NCBI GenBank assembly: GCA_965243135.1
Contig: OZ251539.1
Location: 1,376,001 to 1,440,000, forward strand
DNA length: 64,000 bases
Direction of reading: 5' to 3'
Source: Alphaproteobacteria bacterium
Lineage (GTDB): Bacteria > Pseudomonadota > Alphaproteobacteria > MPNO01 > UBA830
Below are positions 19,761 to 30,314 of the stretch, in pieces. Each line of letters starts with the position of its first letter. Position 1 is the first letter of the stretch. Both the position numbers and the translations under genes were made by a program. The notes beneath the pieces were generated by a model. The model worked only from the letters and a program-made list of their open reading frames with translations, was not told the origin of the DNA and made no database searches.

Positions 19761-21140
19761 GGCCGTGGCTCTCATGGCGTTGAACTGAATAAAGAATTCT
19801 GTCAATATAATGTTGATGAAGGACTCTAGATGTATTTTTCAGCGGAACAGATAAAGAGAGCGATAATCCAACTAAAGGATGTTCACCCTTTTTTTGGTAT
19901 AACTTTTCTTGCCTGTAAAAAAGAAAATTTGCCGATTGGAAAGCCGATTAAATTTCATTTAGGAAGAATAACTAAAGAGCACATGGAAAAACATCACAAA
20001 TTAAATCAAAATTCCAAACACTATTTTCAGCCATTTCATAGAACAAGAAGATGGGTTAGAAATGATTATCCATCCAGCGGGTTACAAGAGATCAATACGC
20101 AAACCTTCAAAGACGCCTTTATTCATCCGCCCAAAAGGCCGCAATGGGGATGGTCCGACGATTACATCAGCTTCTTGAATAAATTTCTTTCTCGCAATAT
20201 GGGGGAAAACAAAATTCCAGCTTACGCCTTGGCTGTCTGGTTATATAAGGAGCAAGAAGTATCGGACGCCACCGCGATGGAATTGATTTCAAAATTCATG
20301 GAAGAATATAACATTATCGAAGAAGAGACCCATTTTTTTAATCAACAGGCAACGGTATCGGACGGTGGCCCCACCGAAGCGCATGTTGCTGTCTGGCGCG
20401 ATCTTCGTCCATTCGTCGGCCGTCCTCCGGATGCGTCGCCCATAAGAGGCGGCCCGCTCGGGCATCTTCATATTAGAGGGAGTGGGCCAGCGCCAGAGCT
20501 TCGTATGGAGCCTTCCGAACACATGACGATCATTACGGGGGACAATGGCCTGGGAAAGACGTTTCTGCTCGATTGCGCTTGGTGGGCGCTAACCGGTACA
20601 TGGGCGGACCAGCCTGCCACGCCCCGGGATGACAGCGCCAAAAGGAATGTTTTGATTTCTTTCGGAATTCGGGACCAAGAACTAATGGAGGCGGGCGAAG
20701 CTTTCACGCAAGAAGTATCCTATAATTGGGATTTGCAAGAGTGGTCGAAGGCCGACAGGACAGCTACCGTACCCGGGCTGATCTTGTATGTACGCGTGGA
20801 CGGTTCCTTTGCGATATGGGATCCGATTCGACGCGCGGAAGCGCAAAATGGGGCGGAAAATCAAACCGCCCTTTCAAGTAAGGAAATATGGTATGGTAAA
20901 GAAGGAAAAACGGAAGGCCTGATTAGGGATTGGGCACAATGGCAGAGTAATCCAAAGACTTCGCCGTTTTCGATTTTTTCAAAAATCTTGAAAGCACTAT
21001 CGCCGCCGGATCTTGGTGAGCTGTCACCAGGAAAGCTTGTTCGTTTGCCTCGCGAATTGCGACCTATTCCGACTATCCGGCATAACTATGGCGAAATTCC
21101 GATTGTAAGCGCATCAGCCGGCGTGAAGAGGATAGTCACG

Positions 21141-22223
21141 CTAGTGTTCTGTCCCAGAAATACGCATAGATAATCTTTGAACCTTTTCGAGAATGGATTC
21201 GGCGGTGGCAATCCAAACGAAGGGAGCGGCATCGCGATTGTAGTCCTCGGTGAACTGCTTGATGCATTTCACCAATTGGCTGACGTTTGCGAACGATCCC
21301 CGGCGAAGGGCGGTCTCCGTGATGAGGCCAAACCAGCGCTCGACCTGATTGAGCCAGGAAGCGTAGGTCGGCGTGAAGTGGAGATGGTAGCGAGGTCGCT
21401 GCGCTATCCAGGCGCGAACCTTGGGATGCTTATGGGTCGCGTAGTTGTCGGCCACCAAATGGATGTCGAGTTCTTTGGGGACGTTGCGGTCGATGAGGCG
21501 CAGAAAATCGAGGAAATCCTGGTGGCGATGACGTTGCTTGCAGGTGGCGATGACCTGCCCGGTGGCAATGTCGAGCGCGGCGAACAACGTGGTGGTGCCG
21601 TGGCGGATGTAGTCATGGGTGTAGCCCTCGACATAGCCAAGCCCGAGGGGCAGGGTCGGCTGGGTACGGTCGAGGGCCTGAATCTGCGATTTCTCGTCGA
21701 CGCACAGCACCACCGCGTGTTCCGGAGGGTTGAGGTACAATCCAACGATGTCGCGCACTTTCTCCACGAAGAACGGGTCTGTCGACAGCTTGAACGTCTT
21801 GCGCAGGTGGGGCTTGACGCCGAACAACTCGAACCAGCGCTGGACGGTGCTCTTCGAGAGGCCGGCATGGCGGGCCATTGAACGAACGCTCCAGTGCGTC
21901 GCATTCTTCGGCGTTTCCTGAAGGGCGCTCTTGATGACCTCGGCAACCCGTTCGTCATCGTATGTTCGGGGCCGGCCGCTGCGCAACTCGTCGTGTAGCC
22001 CTTCGGTCCCGCCTTCCACAAACCGCTTTCGCCATTTGCCTACGGTCAACGGCGATACGTCGAGCTTTTCGGCGACCGCCTTGTTCGACATTCCCGCAGC
22101 GCAATCCAGAACGATCTTGGCGCGTAGAGTCAAACCGGAAGGCAGCGACGTTGCATTCGCAATGCTGCGCAATTGCGCTTCCTGATCCAAAGTGAGAACG
22201 AGCGGCGGCTTTCCTTTCGGCAT
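21141..22223 (-). CDS. IS630 transposase
   Basis: HTH; [22 protein letters not shown] (DDE triad); 360 aa uninterrupted. Confidence 0.95.
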   Translation of the reverse strand: MPKGKPPLVLTLDQEAQLRSIANATSLPSGLTLRAKIVLDCAAGMSNKAVAEKLDVSPLTVGKWRKRFVEGGTEGLHDELRSGRPRTYDDERVAEVIKSALQETPKNATHWSVRSMARHAGLSKSTVQRWFELFGVKPHLRKTFKLSTDPFFVEKVRDIVGLYLNPPEHAVVLCVDEKSQIQALDRTQPTLPLGLGYVEGYTHDYIRHGTTTLFAALDIATGQVIATCKQRHRHQDFLDFLRLIDRNVPKELDIHLVADNYATHKHPKVRAWIAQRPRYHLHFTPTYASWLNQVERWFGLITETALRRGSFANVSQLVKCIKQFTEDYNRDAAPFVWIATAESILEKVQRLSMRISGTEH

Positions 22224-22284
22224 GGCGACCTCCTCCTGAAAATGCCCATGCCTGTATATAATATGTATTTGAGGGACACAACAC
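21144..22284 (-). mobile_element. Intact IS630 element
   Basis: 20-bp imperfect TIRs (gtgttctgtcccagaaatac / gtatttgagggacacaacac); TA duplication at a CTAG target. Confidence 0.95.
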
Positions 22285-22861
22285 TAGCGTACCTTTTGGT
22301 ATGGCTCTTGGAGGAACATTATATACGCGCACGCTTTATCAAGCGTCTTCCCGAGAATAGAATTGTCGTACTCGTCGATGAAATGGAAGCGCATCTGCAT
22401 CCAAAATGGCAACGGCTAGTGCTGCCGACCGTTATTTCTATAATAGAATCCGATTTAAAAGAAAGGTATAACGATATAAGCGCTCAGATCATTGTTACCA
22501 CGCATTCGCCGTTGGTTCTTGCATCTATAGAAGCCAAATTTGATGACGAAAAAGACTCTCTGATTCACCTTGGATTAAAGGAGGGAGAACCAATATTGGA
22601 ACCAATAAACTTTATCAAATACGGCAGCGTAGAGCTTTGGTTGACTTCGCCAATTTTTGGACTCGGGGATGCACGATCTCGCGAAGCTGAAGCCGCCATT
22701 TTCCAAGCGATGGAGCTGAAAGATCTTAAATTATTGGAGAACCAGGAAATTGGTCGGGAAGAAATTTGGGAAGTGACAGAGAAATTACGTAAGCATCTGC
22801 CGGATCATGACGATTTTTGGCCTCGTTGGATCGGATTTGCCAAAAAATTTGGCGTCGATAT

Positions 22862-23470
22862 ATGATCCCGGTGGTGAGACAGCCCGAACCGAGCGATTTT
22901 AATCGGCTTGTAAGGCGACCTGGTCGAACATTTATTATGGCGAATAATCCACGAAAGAGTAAAGAGTTTGAGCCATATTGGAGGAGAATAAGTCAAGATC
23001 TCCATGAGGCGTACAGCAACACTTGTGCGTACACCTGTATCTACTTGGCGTCGTTGTCGGGAACCGTGGATCATTTTATACCAAAGAGCGGATGTCCCCG
23101 CTTAGCATATGAATGGGATAATTATAGACTTGCATTGAATGTCGTAAATCAATACAAAGACAACTCGGTGGGTCTTTTGGATCCATTCGAGATCGGGGAG
23201 GATTGGTTTGCTTTGGATTTTCCCACTTGTTATGTTATTATCGGTGATCAAATGCCGAATTACCTAATCGATAAGGCGAAGGAAACAATTGAAATTCTGA
23301 AGCTAAACGAAAATTATTTTGCGCGTCTGCGTTTCAGTATCGTTAAAAATTTCTGGAATAGGGAACTGGAATGGCCGACGTTGCAACAAAAATATCCTTT
23401 TTTAGCGAATGAATTGGAAAGGCAGGATCTTAGAAACAGGAGACAAATACGTCTGCGTTTTCAATTTTGA
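22862..23470 (+). CDS. ptuB: HNH endonuclease (Septu PtuB-like)
   Basis: CAYTC...TVDHFIPKS...LAYEWDNYRL...N.YK...LLDPF; ATGA overlap with ATPase stop. Confidence 0.8.
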   Translation: MIPVVRQPEPSDFNRLVRRPGRTFIMANNPRKSKEFEPYWRRISQDLHEAYSNTCAYTCIYLASLSGTVDHFIPKSGCPRLAYEWDNYRLALNVVNQYKDNSVGLLDPFEIGEDWFALDFPTCYVIIGDQMPNYLIDKAKETIEILKLNENYFARLRFSIVKNFWNRELEWPTLQQKYPFLANELERQDLRNRRQIRLRFQF

Positions 23471-23562
23471 CTTTTATCTATCTTATGCACGGCGAAAGTG
23501 CGTATTGCATCCTCTCTCTCGGCTCCGAATGGCTTTCAAGGGGTGGAATTTTTCCTCGGGTA

Positions 23563-23819
23563 CGGAGAACCCCAAATTTTTCGCTCCGGGAATGCCATTT
23601 TTGCAGATTCCACCAGCCCCTCCACGACCGCAAACGATCGCCCACGTCGGACCTCGCCCCAAGTTTGCCGTACCGCACCAGGGCAACCGGATATTCCGCT
23701 TTCGTTCCGTGTTCGCCAGCTTTTGCTTCCCTTGGGACTTGCCGACGGGCGGCCGGAGCGACCTGTGGGGAGCCGAACGGACGACAGCCGACAAAAAATG
23801 GCGCAGCGCAAACGCCTCT
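23563..23819 (+). repeat. Repeat B, copy 2
   Basis: Similar to 9895-10136 and rc 42815-43020. Confidence 0.75.
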
Positions 23820-23842
23820 GGAAAACGCGGATTCGAGATAAA

Positions 23843-24077
23843 CGCTCATGATCGGCGCCCGCTCGCCCCGTAGCATGTAACTTTGGGGGTGGTTCTCCCG
23901 GCCTCGCGCCGCTCGCCGACATAACCGTTCCGCGTCCGGGCGTCGCGGCGCGAAGACAGGGCTATACGGGGCAGCCCTCAGCGTCACGCTCCCGAATTCT
24001 CGAGCGGCGAGCGCCGCCGCGAAAAAATCTCGCGGAACGGTTTTGTGTGGCCGGCAGCTCGGGGGTAGTTACACAGC
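23843..24077. repeat. Repeat A, copy 2
   Basis: Reverse-complement match to 721-961. Confidence 0.85.
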
Positions 24078-24279
24078 AAATTTCTCGTGGATTTTTCCGG
24101 GTGTTTCGGTGCGATTTGCTTCGGATGAGGGAATTCTCTCGTGTCGCGGCGCCTTTGGCGACTCTGCCTTCCCTGCGTGTCTTTCGGTGCCTTGGCGGGA
24201 GTGCCCGCCTTCGCGCTGGGCCGTCATGTCGCCCGCTGCTCCCGGAAGCCCTCGAAGCGTCCACTGAGCATGGAACCGT

Positions 24280-24376
24280 AGTGCGGCGTCCGCACCGCCG
24301 CTGCGTCCAGCTGCAAAACGTGGTTTCGCGAACCGGAAGACTTTTCTCGGCGGCGCTCCCCGTTCAAAAGTGCGAC
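24280..24376 (+). repeat. Repeat C, copy 2
   Basis: Similar to 18578-18665. Confidence 0.55.
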
Positions 24377-24451
24377 GCTTCGCCCTGCGCTGTTTGAAAC
24401 CGGATTGTTGCAGCGCGGCGTGTGCCTGGGGGAACCATGCTGCGGTCGCGT

Positions 24452-25759
24452 CTACATCAAGCTGGGTAGCCACAGGGCGAGATCGGGAGCGGCGATCAGT
24501 ATCAATATCAGTATCGCGTCGCAGACCAGGAACGGGAACGCGGCCTTGGCCACCTCGATCAGATTCGTCCCCTTGGGAGCGACCCCCAGCATCACGTAGA
24601 GCAACAGCCCGAACGGCGGCGTCGTCCCCGCCATCTCTATGGTGATCAGCACGAACAGGCCGTACCAGATCAGGTCGAAGCCCAGCGCGTTCGCCAGCGG
24701 AAAGAAGATCGGCACCGTGATCAGCATCATCGACGTCGCGTCCATGAACATGCCGAGCAGGATGAGGACGCAGAACATCATCAGCAGAATCGCCAGCCGG
24801 TGCAGCTCGTAACTCGTCACCCATTCGATCAGGCCCTTGCTCGCGCCGGAATAGGCGAGCATCTGGCTGAACACCGTGGAGTTCATGATGATCAGGAACA
24901 CCATGGCCGCGACCCGCACGGTCGCCTCGACCGAGGTCGTGAGCGCCCTGAACCTGAGCGCGCCGTAGCCGACGGCGATCGCCATCACCCCGAGCACGCC
25001 GCAGGCGGCCGCTTCCGTCGGCGTCGCGATGCCGAGCACGATGAAGCCGACCACCATGAACACCACGAGGCCCATCGGCAGGATGTTGGTCGCCACCATG
25101 CGCAGTCGCGTCGCGAGACTCATGGGATCGACGTCGTAGGCCGGCGCCGAGCCGGGATTGCGGACCAGCTGAAGGGTGATCATCGCCGCGTACAGCCCGG
25201 CGAGCACGAAGCCCGGCAGGAATCCCGCCACCAGCAGCCGTCCGACGTCGATTTCGGCGATCGCGGCGAGAAGCACCCCGAGGGCGGACGGCGGGATGAT
25301 CATGGCGAGGCCGCCGGTGCCGAGAATCGGCCCCATCGACATCTTCTTGCTGTAGCCGCGCCGCTCCATCTCCGGAACCATGAGGGAGCCCAGCATGGCG
25401 GTGTTGGCCATGGACGAGCCCGTCAGCGTCGAGAAGATCGCGCCGCCGGCGACGGTCAGATAGCAGAGGCGGCCCGGCAGCCGTCCGAATATCGCGTCGA
25501 GGCCGTCGAACACCTTGATCGCGAGGCCGGTGTGGAAGAACAGCGACCCCATCAGGATGAACATCGGCACCGGGCCGAGAATGAAGCGCGATATGAGCTG
25601 CGTCGAATTGTCCACCACCTGGATCAGGCCGCCGGCGCCGGCGAAGATCAGCACCGCCAGAAAATTGGTCATGATGAAGGCGAACGCGACCGGCACGCCC
25701 AGCGCCATGAAGGAGATGACCATGCCGAGGAGAAGGGCGAACGCCCAATACCACTCCAC
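24452..25759 (-). CDS. dctM: TRAP transporter large permease
   Basis: VPMFILMG, LAMIIPPS, TPTEAA, TPPFG; many TM helices; GTG start. Confidence 0.92.
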   Translation of the reverse strand: MEWYWAFALLLGMVISFMALGVPVAFAFIMTNFLAVLIFAGAGGLIQVVDNSTQLISRFILGPVPMFILMGSLFFHTGLAIKVFDGLDAIFGRLPGRLCYLTVAGGAIFSTLTGSSMANTAMLGSLMVPEMERRGYSKKMSMGPILGTGGLAMIIPPSALGVLLAAIAEIDVGRLLVAGFLPGFVLAGLYAAMITLQLVRNPGSAPAYDVDPMSLATRLRMVATNILPMGLVVFMVVGFIVLGIATPTEAAACGVLGVMAIAVGYGALRFRALTTSVEATVRVAAMVFLIIMNSTVFSQMLAYSGASKGLIEWVTSYELHRLAILLMMFCVLILLGMFMDATSMMLITVPIFFPLANALGFDLIWYGLFVLITIEMAGTTPPFGLLLYVMLGVAPKGTNLIEVAKAAFPFLVCDAILILILIAAPDLALWLPSLM

Positions 25760-25761
25760 GA

Positions 25762-26286
25762 CTACATGCCTTCCCGCGCGTCGGTGCGGCTGCCGTACAT
25801 GTCGTCGATGCCGAGAAAGTAGCGCAGGAATTCGATCGCGAGGAGAAAGAAGGCGATCGGCATGGGGGCGTACAGCCACCAGTTCATCAGTTCCATTCCG
25901 CGCTCGTCGATTTGTTCCGTCTCCCAAGTTTCGAGGAGCAGAACGACGGAATAGTAGCAGAATCCCGACGAGCCGGCGATCGCCACCAGATAGGCGAACT
26001 TGGCGGCGATCTTCTGCGCCGCCGGAGCGAAGAGCTGCGTCAGCGCGTCGATGAAGACGTGCCCCTTGATTCGGGCGAGCCAGGGCGCTCCGAGCATGGT
26101 GAACCAGAGCAGCCCGTATTCGACGAGCCCGATGGTGCCTTCGAAGGGCGTGACGCCGAGCGTGGTCAGCGCGACGTCCGCGACGATCAGCAGGAAGATC
26201 GCGAACACGACGACGCCCGCCAGGATTTTCAGCGCGTCCAGCAGCCAGTCATGCGCCCTTGTTAAGATTTGCATGTTCCTTTCCAC
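25762..26286 (-). CDS. dctQ: TRAP transporter small permease
   Basis: Four TM helices, GHVFID motif, adjacent to dctM. Confidence 0.88.
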   Translation of the reverse strand: MERNMQILTRAHDWLLDALKILAGVVVFAIFLLIVADVALTTLGVTPFEGTIGLVEYGLLWFTMLGAPWLARIKGHVFIDALTQLFAPAAQKIAAKFAYLVAIAGSSGFCYYSVVLLLETWETEQIDERGMELMNWWLYAPMPIAFFLLAIEFLRYFLGIDDMYGSRTDAREGM

Positions 26287-26479
26287 GCTGCCGACGCGGG
26301 CTTCTCACGATAGCCGGGAAGCTGCCGCGCGGCAACCGGCGCCCGGCGACCGGCGAAATTTCCGGTTTCGCCGTCGCGCTCGCGCTGCGCGAGGTTGCCG
26401 GGAGCGCGCCGAGGCGGCCCCGCGTCTTGGCGACCTCGGACGCCTTGAGCCTGGGCTCGGCGCCGTGCGGACAGCGGGC

Positions 26480-27379
26480 TCAAAGGTCGATCCGCATCAG
26501 GTCGCGCGCCATTCGCAGTTCGCCCTGCCAGTTGCGGCGTATGTCGGCCGCCATCTCCTCCATCATCTCGGGACCCATCAGGTCCGTCGGCATGTGCCTG
26601 GACATGAGGTCGCGCATCATGGGGCGCGTCGAGTCGAAATGGCCGAAATGCGTGGCGACGAGGCTTTTGACCTTCGCCTTCGTCGCGATTTCGCCGAGTT
26701 CGGTCGGGCTGGTGTGCGCCCACGTGCCGATGCCGGCCTTCGACCGGAAGTCGATGGCCGATTGCGGGAAGGTGCATTCGTGGATCAGCAGGTCGGCTTC
26801 GCCCGCGAGCTCGATCAGCCGGTCGCACGGCGCGGTGTCGCCGGAGAAAACGACCGATTTCCCGTCGACGCTGTCGAGGCGGAGGCCGAAGCAGGGCGAT
26901 ATCTCCATCGGGATGTGCTCGACGTAGCAGGCGGTCACGCGAACCAGATCGTCCTCGAAGAGCGGCCCGGCTTCCTTCTCCCTCACGTCGGCGCGAAGCG
27001 CGCCGAAGTTGGCCTTGCGCTGCGGGTACTGGACGCGAGCTTCGATGTCCTTGCGGAACGCGCCGCGTTCGGGATCGAGCAGCGACTCGACGAAGTGCGC
27101 CGTGTCGTCCGGGCCGATCACCACCGGCGGCGCCTGCCGGTTGGCCATCCAGGTCGTGATCATGAAGTAGGCGAAATCGGCGATGTGGTCGTAATGCAGA
27201 TGCGACAGGAAGACGTGATTCACCTCCGCCGGGTTGACGTTGGCGGCCACCATCTGATTGGTGGCGCCGTGGCCGCAGTCGAACAGGTAATGGCGGTCGC
27301 GAACGGTGATCAGGATGCCGGAATCGTGCCGGTCGGGATTCGGCATCGCGGCGCCCGTGCCGAGCATGATTACGCGCAC
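26480..27379 (-). CDS. MBL-fold hydrolase (RNase Z/AtsA-like)
   Basis: LGTG, FDCG, SHLHYDH, FSGDT, LIHEC, HTSP. Confidence 0.9.
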   Translation of the reverse strand: MRVIMLGTGAAMPNPDRHDSGILITVRDRHYLFDCGHGATNQMVAANVNPAEVNHVFLSHLHYDHIADFAYFMITTWMANRQAPPVVIGPDDTAHFVESLLDPERGAFRKDIEARVQYPQRKANFGALRADVREKEAGPLFEDDLVRVTACYVEHIPMEISPCFGLRLDSVDGKSVVFSGDTAPCDRLIELAGEADLLIHECTFPQSAIDFRSKAGIGTWAHTSPTELGEIATKAKVKSLVATHFGHFDSTRPMMRDLMSRHMPTDLMGPEMMEEMAADIRRNWQGELRMARDLMRIDL

Positions 27380-29298
27380 GTCGACCTCCCTTGCCGGCGG
27401 GCGGCCAGCGTTTCCCCGGCGATCAGCGCGGCCGCCGCGGCCGCGCCGGCGACGTCGGTCCAGACGCCGTTCGCCACCGCGCCGGCCGGGATCATCATGG
27501 CGACGCCGCTCGCGACGAACAAGGCGCGCCGGGCCGGATCGAGCGGACGCGCGAAATAGCCGACGAACCCGGCCGACACCGTCCATACGCCGGCGATGGC
27601 CGTCGCCGCCGTTTGCGCGACCAGCCAGACGGATCCCTGCATCGTCAGTTCGGGCGCGACCACGAACATGAACGGCACTACGTAGGCCGACCAGCCGAAC
27701 TGGACCGCCGCCGTCGCGGTCTTCATCGGGTCGGACTCCGCGACGGTCGCGGCGGCGAACGCCGCGATCGCCACCGGCGGCGTGATCATCGACAGCATTC
27801 CGAAGTAGAGCGCGAACAGGTGGGCCGCTATCGGCGAAATCCCCACTTCGACCATGGCCGGCGCGACGAGCGTCGCGACCAGCAGATAGACCCCGAGAGT
27901 CGGCATGCCCATGCCGAGAATGATCGAAATCACGGCGGCCATGGCGAGGATGAGAACGAGATTGCCGCCGGCGAACTGAACGAGCGACTGGGTCAGCGCG
28001 AAGCTCAGCCCGGTGATGTTGAGGACCCCGATGACGATGCCGGCCATCGCGCCGATCATGATCAGTTGGACGACGAGGGATCCCGTTTCGGCGAGGGCGC
28101 GGACCGGCGCGATGAACGCCATGCGTTCGCCGTCGTAGCCCAGCGCGAGGCCGATGGGCAGCAGGCTGACCGATGCCCACAGCGCCGACGCCTGCGGCTG
28201 CAGATTGAGGTGGAAGAGGCAGACGATGATGACGACGAAGGGCGCGATGTAGGGCCAGCCGGCGCGGAATACCGGCCATCGCGCCGGAATCCGGTCCCGG
28301 TCCACGGCCTTCAGCCCGTCGCGGGCGGCGACGAGGTCGGCCTGGATGAACAGGGCGACGTAATAGAGGACCGCCGGAATCAGCGCCGCGAGCACGACCG
28401 TGCGGTAGGCGATTTCCAGGAACTCCGCCATCAGGAAGGCGGCCGCTCCCATCATCGGCGGCATCAGCTGGCCGCCGGTCGACGCCACCGCTTCGATCGC
28501 GCCGGCCTGGTGCGGCTTGTAGCCGCCGCGGGCCATCAACGGTATCGTGATCACGCCGGTCGAGACGACGTTGGAGACGGCGCTCCCGGAAATCGACCCG
28601 AACAGCGAGGAGGCGGTGACGGCGATCTTGGCCGAGCCGCCGCGGTATCTTCCCATCAGGGCGCTCGAGACGTCGGTGAAGAAGCGCGAACCTCCCGACA
28701 TCCCCAGAAGCGTCCCGAAATAGATGAACGTGATGACGATGGTCGTCGAAACCCGTAGCGGAAAGCCGACCAGCCCGTTGGAATCGAGTCCGGCGTAAAT
28801 GAACAGCCGGTCGAAGCCCACTTCCTCTCCCTGGAAATCGCCGGGCACGTAGTGGCCGAACAGTCCGAAGGCCACGAAAAAGATCAGGAAACCGAACAGC
28901 ACGTTGCCCGCCGTCCGCCGCAATCCTTCCGCCACCACGACGATGACGACCGCGCCGATCGCAACCGCTTCCGGCGGGTTGTCGGCCATCGCCTCGAAGA
29001 TCGGTTCGTAGCGCCAGGCGGCGTAGAAGCAGACCCCGGATCCGGCGATCGCGATTATCCAGTCGTGGAACGGCACGCGCGTTCGCTCGCCGTTGCGGCG
29101 GGCCGGTTTGAGGATGAACAGCGCGGCGATCGCCACGCCGAGATAGACCAGCAGGCGCGCTTCGGGATAGGGAGCCCACCCGAACAGTTCGTCGACCGCC
29201 CCGGCTTCCGCCAGAGCCGCCAGCGTGAGCGCGCCTGCGAGCCAGCGCCCGAGAACGCGGACGGTCCAGCTTTTCCCGTCGTTCGGCAACGGCGTCAC
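27370..29298 (-). CDS. TRAP fused permease (TAXI type)
   Basis: GSISGSAVSNVVSTG, ASTGGQLMPPMMGAAAF, ITPPVA. Confidence 0.92.
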   Translation of the reverse strand: MTPLPNDGKSWTVRVLGRWLAGALTLAALAEAGAVDELFGWAPYPEARLLVYLGVAIAALFILKPARRNGERTRVPFHDWIIAIAGSGVCFYAAWRYEPIFEAMADNPPEAVAIGAVVIVVVAEGLRRTAGNVLFGFLIFFVAFGLFGHYVPGDFQGEEVGFDRLFIYAGLDSNGLVGFPLRVSTTIVITFIYFGTLLGMSGGSRFFTDVSSALMGRYRGGSAKIAVTASSLFGSISGSAVSNVVSTGVITIPLMARGGYKPHQAGAIEAVASTGGQLMPPMMGAAAFLMAEFLEIAYRTVVLAALIPAVLYYVALFIQADLVAARDGLKAVDRDRIPARWPVFRAGWPYIAPFVVIIVCLFHLNLQPQASALWASVSLLPIGLALGYDGERMAFIAPVRALAETGSLVVQLIMIGAMAGIVIGVLNITGLSFALTQSLVQFAGGNLVLILAMAAVISIILGMGMPTLGVYLLVATLVAPAMVEVGISPIAAHLFALYFGMLSMITPPVAIAAFAAATVAESDPMKTATAAVQFGWSAYVVPFMFVVAPELTMQGSVWLVAQTAATAIAGVWTVSAGFVGYFARPLDPARRALFVASGVAMMIPAGAVANGVWTDVAGAAAAAALIAGETLAARRQGRSTCA

Positions 29299-30245
29299 AT
29301 CAGGCCGGCTTCCATGAAGAACTTCCGGGCGCCGTCATGGTAGGGCAGGCCGATGTCGCGGCCGATGTTCTTGGGGTCGAAGCTGCCGAACGCCTTGTGC
29401 GACGCCACCAGTTTTTCCTTGTTGCCGTAAATCGCCTTCACGACCTTGTAGACCAGCTCGGCGGGCGTGTTCGTGCTTGCGTTCAGGATGAACGGAGCGA
29501 CGAGCGTGTTGGTCGGCCCCTCGACGCCCGGGAATCTCGGCGTCGGCTGGATCGTTCCGATGTAGGCGCCCGGCGCGATGCCCTGAAGAATCTTCTGGGT
29601 CTTCTCGTTGAGTTCGGCGGAAAGCACCCGGATTCCGCCGACCGCGGCGTGAGCCTGGCGGGTCTTGCCGGACGAAAGGGAAAAGTTCGCCGCGTCGACC
29701 TTGCCCGCCATGAAAGCCTCCACGCCGCGGACGCCGTTCGGAACCGGGAAGGGTTTGGTGTCCTTTTCGGCGACGCCCGCCGTGGCGAGCAGCGCCCTAG
29801 CGAACAGGCTGGCGATCCTCTGCTTGGTGTATTTCGAGGGAAGCCGCGCGCCCTTCAGGTCGCCGATGGTCTTGATCGGCGAATCCTGGCGCACGAACCA
29901 TCCGACCACCAGCGGGAACAGCGACGCCGCCATGCGGACGTCTTCCTGCTTCTTGTCCTTGAACATGACCGCGCCTTGCCGCGCGAAAGCGGTCACCACG
30001 CTGACCGAGATCGTGAAGTCCAGACGCCCCTTGTTCAGCAGCGGCAGCGTCACGACCGGTCCGCCCTGGGGCACGACCCGCATCTTCACGTCGGCGTTTT
30101 CGATCGCGACCCTCGCGATTCCGGCGCCGGTGGCGTAGGCGAGCGAACCCTGCGGGTTCGTGCCGATGCTGATCGTCTGGGCCGACGCCGTCGCGGCGGC
30201 GAGGCCTCCGACGATCAGCGCGCTGGTCATCATGGCCGTTTTCAT
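29295..30245 (-). CDS. TAXI-family solute-binding protein
   Basis: Signal peptide, SIGTNPQGS, C-terminal PYHDGARKFF. Confidence 0.9.
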   Translation of the reverse strand: MKTAMMTSALIVGGLAAATASAQTISIGTNPQGSLAYATGAGIARVAIENADVKMRVVPQGGPVVTLPLLNKGRLDFTISVSVVTAFARQGAVMFKDKKQEDVRMAASLFPLVVGWFVRQDSPIKTIGDLKGARLPSKYTKQRIASLFARALLATAGVAEKDTKPFPVPNGVRGVEAFMAGKVDAANFSLSSGKTRQAHAAVGGIRVLSAELNEKTQKILQGIAPGAYIGTIQPTPRFPGVEGPTNTLVAPFILNASTNTPAELVYKVVKAIYGNKEKLVASHKAFGSFDPKNIGRDIGLPYHDGARKFFMEAGLM

Positions 30246-30314
30246 GTGTCTTCTCCCATTTGGTAGCCGGTTGCCGAGCGTCGTTGTATCACCGGGAGCG
30301 CGCGTCCGAAAACT

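Larger units (their letters stand above)
19830..22865 (+). pseudogene. ptuA: Septu PtuA-like ABC ATPase with extra N-terminal domain, interrupted by IS630
   Basis: Walker A GDNGLGKT; [10 protein letters not shown]|AYLLVW rejoins exactly across the IS; VDEMEAHLHPKWQ; TTHSP; reconstructs to 630 aa. Confidence 0.8.

Noticed and set aside
23871-24078. Repeat A as a TGT...ACA element with 5-bp TSD (tagca/cagca)
   Set aside because: TSD is imperfect, and ~30 bp outside it is conserved in both full copies and absent from the empty site
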